Of a stretch of 64,000 nucleotides of DNA, positions 46,125-54,141 are shown piece by piece. Within the stretch, counting starts at the first letter, position 1; each line of letters begins with the position of its first letter. The translations under genes and the position numbers were made by a program. The stretch is from Candidatus Wolfebacteria bacterium. Its GTDB lineage: Bacteria > Patescibacteriota > Minisyncoccia > UBA6257 > UBA9933. The stretch lies in the NCBI GenBank assembly GCA_024654025.1, contig JANLIR010000003.1:1658-65657 (forward strand), written 5' to 3'. The notes under the pieces were generated by a model. That model did not search any database. It was not told the DNA's origin and saw only the letters and a list, made by a program, of their open reading frames with translations.

Positions 46125-46487
46125 ATGAATCGAACGAAAAATATAAATAAAAAAATAGAAAGAAGGAAGAAAAGGACCAGGAGTAAAATATTGGGCACGG
46201 CGAAAAAGCCGCGGCTTTCGGTTTTCCGCAGCAATCGTTTTACTTATGTCCAGCTTATTGACGATGAAAACGGCAAAACATTATTAAGCGCTTCGACAAA
46301 GTCTTTCAGTAAAAAAGAAACGTCTTTAAAACAGCTTGAGCAAGCTAAATTATTGGGAAAACTTTTAGCTTCGGGAGCGGTGGAAAAAGGTTTTAACGAA
46401 GTGATTTTTGACCGGGGAAGTTATAAATACCACGGGAAAATAAAATCAGTCGCTGAAGGAGCGCGCGAAGGAGGCTTAAAATTTTAA
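46125..46487 (+). CDS. rplR: 50S ribosomal protein L18 (ATG start; the longer listed ORF uses an upstream TTG at 46107)
   Basis: L18 family C-terminal GSYKYHGKIKSVAEGAREGGLKF. Confidence 0.85.
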   Translation: MNRTKNINKKIERRKKRTRSKILGTAKKPRLSVFRSNRFTYVQLIDDENGKTLLSASTKSFSKKETSLKQLEQAKLLGKLLASGAVEKGFNEVIFDRGSYKYHGKIKSVAEGAREGGLKF

Positions 46488-46500
46488 TTTAAAATTATTC

Positions 46501-46962
46501 ATGTATCACAAAGACACCATAAAGAAAAAATCGGATTATAAAGAAAAAGTTTTGGAATTAAGAAGAGTATCAAGAGTTGTCTCCGGAGGAAAGAGATTTA
46601 GTTTTAGAGCTACTGTTGTTATAGGAAACGAAAAAGGCTCTGTTGGCGTGGGCGTTTCCAAAGGGCATGACGTTGCCCAGTCGATTGATAAAGCTAAATC
46701 AGACGCCAAAAAGAATTTAATCCATGTATCGCTAAAAGGAAGAACAATACCTCATGAAGTTGAAGCAAAATACAGCGCTGCCAGAGTGAGGATAAAGCCA
46801 GCTAGGCCCGGGCACGGACTTCGAGCCGGAGGAGCGGCTAGAAACGTTTTGCTTTTGGCCGGAGTAAAAGACGCCAGCGCTAAATTGCTGGGAACGACTA
46901 AAAACAAATTGACAAACGCATTTGCTACGCTGGAGGCGCTTAAACAAATAAAGAAAAAATAA
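46501..46962 (+). CDS. rpsE: 30S ribosomal protein S5
   Basis: RVSRVVSGGKRFSFRATVVIGN... dsRBD plus S5 C-terminal domain. Confidence 0.95.
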   Translation: MYHKDTIKKKSDYKEKVLELRRVSRVVSGGKRFSFRATVVIGNEKGSVGVGVSKGHDVAQSIDKAKSDAKKNLIHVSLKGRTIPHEVEAKYSAARVRIKPARPGHGLRAGGAARNVLLLAGVKDASAKLLGTTKNKLTNAFATLEALKQIKKK

Positions 46963-46964
46963 AT

Positions 46965-47110
46965 ATGCCCAGTATTATAACTTCGACGAATTCTCTATTA
47001 AAATTTTTGAGGATTTTAGAAAAGGCAATATTGGGCAAAAAATAAAAAACATTAATTAACCATCAATTTCGAGAATTAACTCAAAAATAGTCGAAATTGT
47101 AATACTGGGT
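46965..47110 (+). mobile_element. MITE-like element R3 (copy of R1), occupying the position where rpmD (L30) is normally found
   Basis: same TIRs; between the rpsE stop and the rplO ATG. Confidence 0.7.
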
Positions 47111-47530
47111 ATGCAACTCCATCAATTAAAAACCAAAAATAAGTTAAAAGATAAGAAAAGAGTAGGCAGAGGCGGAAAGCGGGGTACGACTTCGGGGAAA
47201 GGCCAGAAGGGCCAGAAATCCCGCGCCGGTCACAGAATACGGCCGGCTATCAGGGATTTTTTGATGAGAATTCCTAAACTTCGCGGATCTAAAAATAAGC
47301 CGACAAGCTCTAAATTTGTTCCGGTTAATTTAAATACTTTGGAAAAGAAAATAAAAGAGGCTGTAATAGACCGGCAAATTTTGATAAAATATAATATCAT
47401 TAAGGGTTCGGAAAAAAATATAATTGTTTTAGGAAGCGGCGATTTAAAGCGGGCGCTTGAAATAAAAGGACTCAAAGTTTCGCAAAGCGCTAAAAAGAAA
47501 ATAGAAGAAGCGGGAGGGAAAATAACATGA
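47111..47530 (+). CDS. rplO: 50S ribosomal protein L15
   Basis: KRVGRGGKRGTTSGKGQKGQKSRAG. Confidence 0.9.
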   Translation: MQLHQLKTKNKLKDKKRVGRGGKRGTTSGKGQKGQKSRAGHRIRPAIRDFLMRIPKLRGSKNKPTSSKFVPVNLNTLEKKIKEAVIDRQILIKYNIIKGSEKNIIVLGSGDLKRALEIKGLKVSQSAKKKIEEAGGKIT

Positions 47531-48795
47531 ACTTTTCCAAGTTTTTCCAAGTTTTCAAAATAAAAGATCTTCGCGACAAGGTTTTAATGGTGGCGTTTCT
47601 TTTGTTGTGTTTTCGAATTTTAGCGGTTATTCCAATTCCCGGCATCGACCAAGTTGCTTTAAAAAATTTCTTCGGTTCCAATCAGCTGTTTAATTTTTTG
47701 GGCATAATGGCCGGAAGCACATTGAGTAATCTTTCAATAGTGATGATGGGAGTAAGCCCTTATATTACTTCTACCATCATAATGCAGCTTCTGACCATGA
47801 TATTTCCGCGACTCAAGGAAATGTATTACGAAGAAGGCGCGGTTGGCAGAGCAAAATTCAACCGCTATTCGCGAATTTTAACAGTTCCTCTTGGTATACT
47901 TCAGGCATACGGGTTTCTCAATTTGCTTAGCTCTAAAAACGCTGTTCATTTCAACGGGTCGTTTGATCTTATTAAAAACGTCATTATTGTGACAGCCGGT
48001 TCTATGATTGTAATGTGGGTTGGCGAGCTTATTACCGAGCAAAAAATAGGCAATGGCGTTTCGCTTTTAATTTTTGCGGGCATTGTTAGTAGCGTTCCTA
48101 ACGTTATCGTTTCGCTCATAGCGTCTTATAGCCCGGAAGTGCTAGTTACTTATATCGGTTTTGCGATTATGGCGATTTTTGTTATTGCCGGCGTTGTTTT
48201 AGTTAATGAAGGAGAAAGAAAAATTCCAATTTCTTACGCCAAGCAAGTAAGAGGCAATAAAATGTACGGGGGCGTTTCAAGCTACCTGCCGATAAAAGTG
48301 AACCAGGCTGGAGTAATTCCGATAATTTTTGCTATTTCAGTGCTTCTTTTCCCGCAATTTATAGCTCAAATAAGTTCGGTTTTTTCAAAAAGTTTTTCAT
48401 TAAAAATGATTGACTGGGTAAATGCCGTTTTTAATAACGTGTATATTCACAGCGCGTTTTATTTTGTTTTAGTTGTTGTTTTCACGTATTTTTATACCGC
48501 TATTACTTTTGATCCAAAAGAGATTTCCAAAAACCTTCAAAGATTCGGCGGGTTTATAACGGGCATCCGGCCTGGCGAATCAACCGCTATTTTTCTTTCT
48601 AAAGTTACCAGCCGTATTATTCTTTGGGGCGCCGTATTTTTGGGATTAATCGCGATATTGCCTAATGTGGTTCAAATCATCACGGGACTTAATTTTTTGA
48701 CTATCGGCGGTACGGCGATTTTGATAGTCGTTTCGGTTGCGCTGGAAACAATAAAACAAATTGATTCTCAATTAGTGATGCGCGAATATGAATAA
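47527..48795 (+). CDS. secY: Preprotein translocase subunit SecY
   Basis: 10 TM, SecY signature; follows rplO. Confidence 0.95.
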   Translation: MNFSKFFQVFKIKDLRDKVLMVAFLLLCFRILAVIPIPGIDQVALKNFFGSNQLFNFLGIMAGSTLSNLSIVMMGVSPYITSTIIMQLLTMIFPRLKEMYYEEGAVGRAKFNRYSRILTVPLGILQAYGFLNLLSSKNAVHFNGSFDLIKNVIIVTAGSMIVMWVGELITEQKIGNGVSLLIFAGIVSSVPNVIVSLIASYSPEVLVTYIGFAIMAIFVIAGVVLVNEGERKIPISYAKQVRGNKMYGGVSSYLPIKVNQAGVIPIIFAISVLLFPQFIAQISSVFSKSFSLKMIDWVNAVFNNVYIHSAFYFVLVVVFTYFYTAITFDPKEISKNLQRFGGFITGIRPGESTAIFLSKVTSRIILWGAVFLGLIAILPNVVQIITGLNFLTIGGTAILIVVSVALETIKQIDSQLVMREYE

Positions 48796-49468
48796 TAATA
48801 TTGCGGTTATATTTTATGGTCCTCCCGGATCTGGAAAAGGCACGCAAGCCAAACTTCTTTCAGATAAGCTCAATTTGTACCTTTTCGATACCGGCGATTT
48901 TTTAAGAAAAATTTTTAGCAATCCGAAATTTAAGAATAACAAAGAAATTCAAGCGCAGAAGAGGCTTTACAATGAAGGGAAGCTTGTTTCGTTTGAGTGG
49001 GTTTTAAAAAATGTCAGCCAGAAAGTAAAAGAATTGGCAAAATTGGACCAATCCGTAGTTTTTAGCGGTTCGGCAAGGAGTTTGTTTGAGGCTTTTGGCG
49101 ATAATAAACATAAGGGTTTGGTTAAAATCTTGGAAGAAATCTTTGGTAAACATAATTTATATTTTTTCTATTTAGATATTTCAGATGAAGAATCAATCAA
49201 AAGAAACAGCCGGCGATTAATTTGTCCGACTTGTAAAAACGCGCTTTTGGCTTTCGCCTCAAGTATGAAAAACTGCCCTCTTTGCGGAGATAAAATTGAA
49301 CACCGCAGCGATGACAAAAAAGAGATTATTGTAAAGCGTCTTAAGGAATACCGCCAGATGACTTTACCGGTTATTAAAGAATTAAAAAAGCGGAAATATA
49401 AAGTTATTAAAATTGACGGTATGCCCGCGCCATACAAAATTTTCAATAAAATTCTCAATTATTTCTAA
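48788..49468 (+). CDS. adk: Adenylate kinase (zinc-binding lid)
   Basis: GPPGSGKGTQA P-loop; CPTC...CPLC lid. Confidence 0.9.
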   Translation: MNNNIAVIFYGPPGSGKGTQAKLLSDKLNLYLFDTGDFLRKIFSNPKFKNNKEIQAQKRLYNEGKLVSFEWVLKNVSQKVKELAKLDQSVVFSGSARSLFEAFGDNKHKGLVKILEEIFGKHNLYFFYLDISDEESIKRNSRRLICPTCKNALLAFASSMKNCPLCGDKIEHRSDDKKEIIVKRLKEYRQMTLPVIKELKKRKYKVIKIDGMPAPYKIFNKILNYF

Positions 49469-50226
49469 TGGTAAAAATCTATACGTCTGATGAAATTAAA
49501 ATAATCGCCGAAAGCGGGAAAATTTTAGCCATTGTTTTTAAACAGCTTAAGCAGGAAATAAAAATCGGGGTTTCGTTAAAATACTTAGACAGCCTTGCTC
49601 AGAGGATCACAAGAGAAAACGGCGCCCAGCCGGCCTTTTTGGGATACCGGCCCGAAGGCGCGCGAAAGCCGTATCCGGCTTCTATTTGCGCTTCTTTAAA
49701 CGATGTTGTGGTGCATGGCCTTCCAAATGACTACCAATTAAAAGAAGGCGATGTTTTAAAAATCGATTTTGGAGTTAAATACAGGGGATTTTATTCTGAC
49801 GCGGCGTTTACTGTTGAGTTGGGGAAAATTCCGGCTGAAGCTAAAAATTTAATAAAAGCCACTAAGGCCGCTTTAGAAGAGATGATTCGCCATGCTAAGC
49901 CTGGGAATCATTTGGGAGATTTAGGCTGGGCAGTGGAAAGAGTGGCAAAAAAATTTAATGTTAGCGTTATAAAAGGCTTGACTGGCCATGGCATCGGCAA
50001 GGAACTTCATGAAGATCCCAGTGTTTATAATTACGGCGAAAAAGGAAAGGGGATGGAGTTAAAGCCGGGAATGGTTTTGGCTCTGGAGCCGATGCTTTCA
50101 ACCGGAAGCGGAGAAATAAAACAAAAATCAGATGACAGCTGGGCAACAATGGACGGCAAATTTTCCGCGCATTTTGAACACACTATAGCGATTACAGAAA
50201 GGGGCTCTCAAATTTTAACAATTTAA
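49468..50226 (+). CDS. map: Methionine aminopeptidase type I
   Basis: metal ligands D..D..H..E..E in pita-bread fold, GHGIGKELHEDP. Confidence 0.9.
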   Translation: MVKIYTSDEIKIIAESGKILAIVFKQLKQEIKIGVSLKYLDSLAQRITRENGAQPAFLGYRPEGARKPYPASICASLNDVVVHGLPNDYQLKEGDVLKIDFGVKYRGFYSDAAFTVELGKIPAEAKNLIKATKAALEEMIRHAKPGNHLGDLGWAVERVAKKFNVSVIKGLTGHGIGKELHEDPSVYNYGEKGKGMELKPGMVLALEPMLSTGSGEIKQKSDDSWATMDGKFSAHFEHTIAITERGSQILTI

Positions 50227-50365
50227 GAACGGTACTTGTGGTGAAATTACGAATCGTTGACAAAATAGTAAAAATATGTTTATCTTGAAACAGAACTTAT
50301 TAAGATTCCCTGCTGGTGAGGCCGAGCAATAAACCACTGAGGCGAAAGCCGGAAAGGAAAAGGAA

Positions 50366-50743
50366 ATGATATTCGAGATTTTTCTGAAGGTGGTAGGATT
50401 TTTCGTTGACGTGATTGCGATCCCGATAGCGATAGTCGCCAATGTAAACGATCACCAAAAGGCGATGGAGATTCTTGGCTGGTCGGATGATGTAAAGACT
50501 TGGTTGCGAGAGCGCAAGCCCAACCCACTGAGTGTCTTTTTGGCCGTGGCTGGGTTTGTAATGGCTTGCGTGGGGACCAATATTATCTGGTCGGCGTGGC
50601 ATATAAAGGCGCCGATGTACGTTGCCGTTGAAGAGAAAATCGGATTTGCGGTAGCCGGAGGATTCGTGTATCTCACCGGTTTGATACTATGTTTAGCCGT
50701 ATTTCGCAAGTATTTTCGAAAGGAGGTGAAGCGGGGCGCTTAG
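50366..50743 (+). CDS. Hypothetical 4-TM membrane protein (GC-shifted insertion after map)
   Basis: 125 aa, about 50% GC versus about 38% background; has its own promoter-like TTGACA and terminator. Confidence 0.5.
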   Translation: MIFEIFLKVVGFFVDVIAIPIAIVANVNDHQKAMEILGWSDDVKTWLRERKPNPLSVFLAVAGFVMACVGTNIIWSAWHIKAPMYVAVEEKIGFAVAGGFVYLTGLILCLAVFRKYFRKEVKRGA

Positions 50744-50757
50744 CGCCCCATTTTTTT
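50733..50757 (+). terminator. Rho-independent terminator overlapping the stop codon
   Basis: ggggcgct-ta-agcgcccc then ttttttt. Confidence 0.7.
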
Positions 50758-50834
50758 ATCCGTTTCTTGCTTAAAAAAATTTTCCATATTATAATTTAGG
50801 TAAATTAATTACTGGTTATTCTGTTGGTTATCCT

Positions 50835-51626
50835 ATGGAAAATATTCGGGAAAAACCTTATCTTTCTGTTATTATCCCGGCTTATAATGAAGCAAAAAGA
50901 TTGCCGTTAACTTTAATTGATATAAATAAACATCTTTCCAAGGCGGATTTTTCCGCCATAGGCGGATCTCCGCCCAAGGCGGATGCGCCTATGGAGCACG
51001 CCTCCGGAGGAGATTATGAAATAATAGTTGTTGACAACAATTCCAAAGACGCTACTCGTGAAGTTGCCGAGAGATTTACTCACTTGCTAAAAAATGCAAA
51101 GGTGATAGAGTGTACCATTCAAGGAAAAGGCGCGGCAGTAAAAGCTGGTATGCTTGCGGCAAAGGGCGAATATAGGCTGTTTATGGACGCGGATAATTCC
51201 GTATCAGTTGATCAGGGGATTAGCGCGCTTAAATACTTTAAAGAAAGCTACGGAGTTGTTATTGGTTCGCGCGACGTAGGCGGCGCTAAAAATGACCAGC
51301 CGTGGTACAGGCAAATCGCCGGTAATATTGGAAATCTAATAATTCAAGTTTTGCTTTTGCCGGGATTGTGGGATACGCAGTGCCCGATGAAAATATTCAC
51401 TGGCGAGGCCGCGGAAAAAGTTTTTCCGCTGATGAAAATAAACAAATGGGGCTTCGATGTGGAAGTGCTGGCATTGGCTAAAAAATTCGGATTTAAAATT
51501 AAAGAAGTCCCGGCTATTTTTATAAACGACCCGAATTCGAAAGTAAAAGCTTCCGCTTATATCAAAACTTTTTTAGAAGTTTTTAAAATCAGGCTGTGGT
51601 TATGGTTCGGAAAATACGAAAATTAA
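50835..51626 (+). CDS. GT2-family glycosyltransferase (polyprenyl-phosphate sugar synthase-like, DPM1/GtrB type) with a GC-rich loop insertion
   Basis: YLSVIIPAYNEAKRL, VVDNNSKDAT, DAD motif; insertion FSAIGGSPPKADAPMEHASGGD encoded by three AGGCGGAT repeats. Confidence 0.8.
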   Translation: MENIREKPYLSVIIPAYNEAKRLPLTLIDINKHLSKADFSAIGGSPPKADAPMEHASGGDYEIIVVDNNSKDATREVAERFTHLLKNAKVIECTIQGKGAAVKAGMLAAKGEYRLFMDADNSVSVDQGISALKYFKESYGVVIGSRDVGGAKNDQPWYRQIAGNIGNLIIQVLLLPGLWDTQCPMKIFTGEAAEKVFPLMKINKWGFDVEVLALAKKFGFKIKEVPAIFINDPNSKVKASAYIKTFLEVFKIRLWLWFGKYEN

Positions 51627-51693
51627 GAAAGAATTCCGAAATAAATATTTTAAAGTAAAAACCTCGTTTTAACGAAGGAAGAAATTTTTTATT

Positions 51694-52155
51694 ATGACGC
51701 ATTATTTGTCTAAGGAGGGTCTCGAGGAATTAAAAGTGGAATTAAAACGGCTTAAAAAAGACGAAACTTTTGAAATTGCCGAGAGATTAAAAAAAGCTAA
51801 AGAGTTTGGCGATCTTTCGGAAAACTCCGAATATTCGGAAGCGAAAGAAGCGCAAGCCAAACTGGAGGCGCGTATGTTTGAATTGGAAGAAGTAATCAGA
51901 AACGCCGAGATAATAAAAAAATCTCCGGGTAAGAAAAGCATAGTTCATATTGGCTCAACTCTGACTGTTTCCAAAAATGGAGATGTTATAAAATATACCA
52001 TTGTCGGTTCAATGGAGGCTAAGCCTGAAGCAAAGCTTATTTCTAACGAATCGCCGTTGGGAAGGTCTTTTTTAGGTAAAAAAATCGGAGAAGTTGTGGA
52101 GACAACTTTACCTAACGGAAAAGTTTTCAAATATAAGATAATCGAAATCGAGTAA
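51694..52155 (+). CDS. greA: Transcription elongation factor GreA
   Basis: coiled-coil N-terminal domain with DLSENSEYSEAKE acidic tip; FKBP-like C-terminal domain. Confidence 0.85.
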   Translation: MTHYLSKEGLEELKVELKRLKKDETFEIAERLKKAKEFGDLSENSEYSEAKEAQAKLEARMFELEEVIRNAEIIKKSPGKKSIVHIGSTLTVSKNGDVIKYTIVGSMEAKPEAKLISNESPLGRSFLGKKIGEVVETTLPNGKVFKYKIIEIE

Positions 52156-52505
52156 GGGCTTTGTCTCTGGCGTTTCGCCGGAGTAACAAAACCTTACCCC
52201 GCCCTCTATGCATTACGCATATGTGCTAAAGTGCCAGAAAAATGAATGGTATATAGGCTATACCAATGATTTATGAAGAAGACTAGCGGAACATCAAAAA
52301 GAATGGAAATGTGATTTAATGTATTATGAAGCGTATCAAATAGAGAAAGCTGCGCGAGAACGAGAAAGAAAATTAAAGCATTATGGCAGCGCATGGAGAG
52401 CGCTCAAGAAAAGAATTATAGCTTAGAGGGCGGGGTACTCAATGTTGTAGTTAAATTTTCGTCGCTACGCACTGAACTTCGCTAGAAAATTTAAACAACA
52501 TCGGT
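52153..52505 (+). mobile_element. TIR element carrying a GIY-YIG nuclease gene: TAAGGGCTTTGTCT left flank, 14-bp IRs TACCCCGCCCTCTA/TAGAGGGCGGGGTA, right flank homologous to 37815-37871
   Basis: perfect 14-bp inverted repeats at 52195-52208 and 52424-52437 bracket the ORF; about 40 bp of each flank is shared with the element at 37644-37871. Confidence 0.65.
52208..52426 (+). pseudogene. GIY-YIG nuclease (YhbQ/UPF0213-like), interrupted by an in-frame TGA and internally shortened
   Basis: MHYAYVLKCQKNEWYIGYTNDL-TGA-RRLAEHQKEWKCDLMYYEAYQIEKAARERERKLKHYGSAWRALKKRII; GIY..YIG..R..E signature; TGA is used as stop elsewhere in this window. Confidence 0.65.
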
Positions 52506-54122
52506 ATGTTTTGGGCGGATAAAATAGCGGAGGAAATAAAAAATGAATATCGGGATAAAATCGTCCTTCAAGCGGATTCAGGACAGGCCAAAGGAGAGGC
52601 GATTATTATTCGAGATGAAAAAACCGCTTCCGGAAAAATACACGTCGGGTCTCTGAGGGGCGTTGCGATACACGGAATAATCTCTGAGGTTTTAAACGAG
52701 CAGAACATTAAAAATAAATTTCTTTATGAGATAAATGATTTTGATGTTATGGACGGATTGCCGGTTTATTTAGATAGGGAAACTTTTTTGCCTCATATGG
52801 GCAAACCGCTTTGCAATGTTCCTTCTCCAGACGGGAAAGCCAAAAATTACGCGGAGTATTTCGGGCAAGAATTTATTAAAATTATCGAGTCGCTCGGGTT
52901 TAAACCGGAATTTTATCGTTCCAGTGATTTATATAAAACCGGGGAATTCAACGAAGCCATAAAAACTGCTTTGGAAAATGCCGATAAAATCAGGGAAATT
53001 TATAAAAAAATTTCCGGAGCTGACAAGGAAAAAGGCTGGCTTCCGATAAGTATGGTTTGCCAAAACTGCGGGAAAATCGGCACAACTAAAGCGATTTCTT
53101 TTGATGATAAGGAAGTAGAGTATATTTGCGAGGAAAATTATGTTGAGTGGGCAAAGGGTTGCGGCTACCGAGGGAAAATTTCTCCTTTTGACGGCAACGC
53201 CAAGCTTCCTTGGAAAGTGGAGTGGGCCGCAAAATTTTCGGTTTTAGACGTTAGTGTGGAGGGCGCCGGGAAAGATCATTCAACAAAAGGCGGCGCAAGA
53301 GAGGTGGCTGATACTATCAGCAGAGAAGTGTTTAAAAGAAAACCTCCTTTTGATATTAAATACGAATTTTTTCAGGTTGGCGGAAAAAAAATGTCTTCGT
53401 CAAAAGGAGCGGGTTCGTCGGCAAAAGAAATCGCAGATTCGCTCCCGCCGGAAATTTTCAGATTTTTACTTTTATACAAAGAGCCGCGCCAAGTCATAGA
53501 TTTTATTCCGGACGGCGACACGATTCCGATTCTTTATGACAATTACGATAAAATGGCCGAAGATTATTTTACGGATAGAAAAGGAGATTATAAACGGATT
53601 TTTTATTTGAGCCATACGCCTCAGCAGCGTGCAGAAATCATAAAAAGATTTTTGCCGAGATTTTCACAAATTGCTTTTTTGGCGCAGATGCCGCATATCA
53701 ATATCAGCCAAGAGGTTGAGAAAATTAAAGCTGGAAAATTATCCGACGAAGATGAAAGCGAGGTTGAGTACAGGACCAGATATGCCTTAAAATGGCTTTC
53801 TGTTTACGCGCCGGAGGATTATAAGTTTGAGCTCCAAACAAAGGAAATTCCTTTGAAAGCAAAAGAGTTGGGCGAAAAGCAAAAACAAGCTTTGAAAATA
53901 ATTTTGGATTACGTCAGTTCAAAAGATGTTTTGGACGGACAAGAGCTGCACAGCAAGCTTCACGAAATTAAAAGTGATTTAAAAATCGAACCGAAAGAAC
54001 TTTTCAGCGCTATTTATTTAAGTTTTTTAGGTAAAGTTAGCGGGCCCAAGGCAGGATGGTTTTTGAGCGTTTTAGATAAAAAGTTTTTAGAAAAGCGGCT
54101 AAACGAGGTAGTTAGTAGTTAG
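52506..54122 (+). CDS. lysK: Lysyl-tRNA synthetase, class I (archaeal-type LysK)
   Basis: HIGH-like KIHVGSLRG and KMSKS-like KMSSSKG class I motifs; length and domain order of class I LysRS. Confidence 0.8.
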   Translation: MFWADKIAEEIKNEYRDKIVLQADSGQAKGEAIIIRDEKTASGKIHVGSLRGVAIHGIISEVLNEQNIKNKFLYEINDFDVMDGLPVYLDRETFLPHMGKPLCNVPSPDGKAKNYAEYFGQEFIKIIESLGFKPEFYRSSDLYKTGEFNEAIKTALENADKIREIYKKISGADKEKGWLPISMVCQNCGKIGTTKAISFDDKEVEYICEENYVEWAKGCGYRGKISPFDGNAKLPWKVEWAAKFSVLDVSVEGAGKDHSTKGGAREVADTISREVFKRKPPFDIKYEFFQVGGKKMSSSKGAGSSAKEIADSLPPEIFRFLLLYKEPRQVIDFIPDGDTIPILYDNYDKMAEDYFTDRKGDYKRIFYLSHTPQQRAEIIKRFLPRFSQIAFLAQMPHINISQEVEKIKAGKLSDEDESEVEYRTRYALKWLSVYAPEDYKFELQTKEIPLKAKELGEKQKQALKIILDYVSSKDVLDGQELHSKLHEIKSDLKIEPKELFSAIYLSFLGKVSGPKAGWFLSVLDKKFLEKRLNEVVSS

Positions 54123-54141
54123 TAATCGCCATTTTAATGTT

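Noticed and set aside
43184-47110. The three 145-bp repeats as a CRISPR-like array or rRNA/tRNA fragments
   Set aside because: The spacing is irregular (about 1 kb and 2.7 kb), the units are much longer than CRISPR repeats, each has terminal inverted repeats, and each sits at a gene junction. They have no tRNA-like fold.
52274-52276. TGA within the GIY-YIG frame as evidence of TGA recoding (Gly or Trp) in this organism
   Set aside because: TGA terminates trmD (9665-9667) and the arsR-family gene (16757-16759) in the same window, and no other gene shows in-frame TGA. A nonsense mutation in a decaying selfish gene is simpler.
52206-52394. 62-aa minus-strand ORF inside the GIY-YIG element
   Set aside because: It is antisense to a reading frame with a clear GIY-YIG signature, and its own product has no features.
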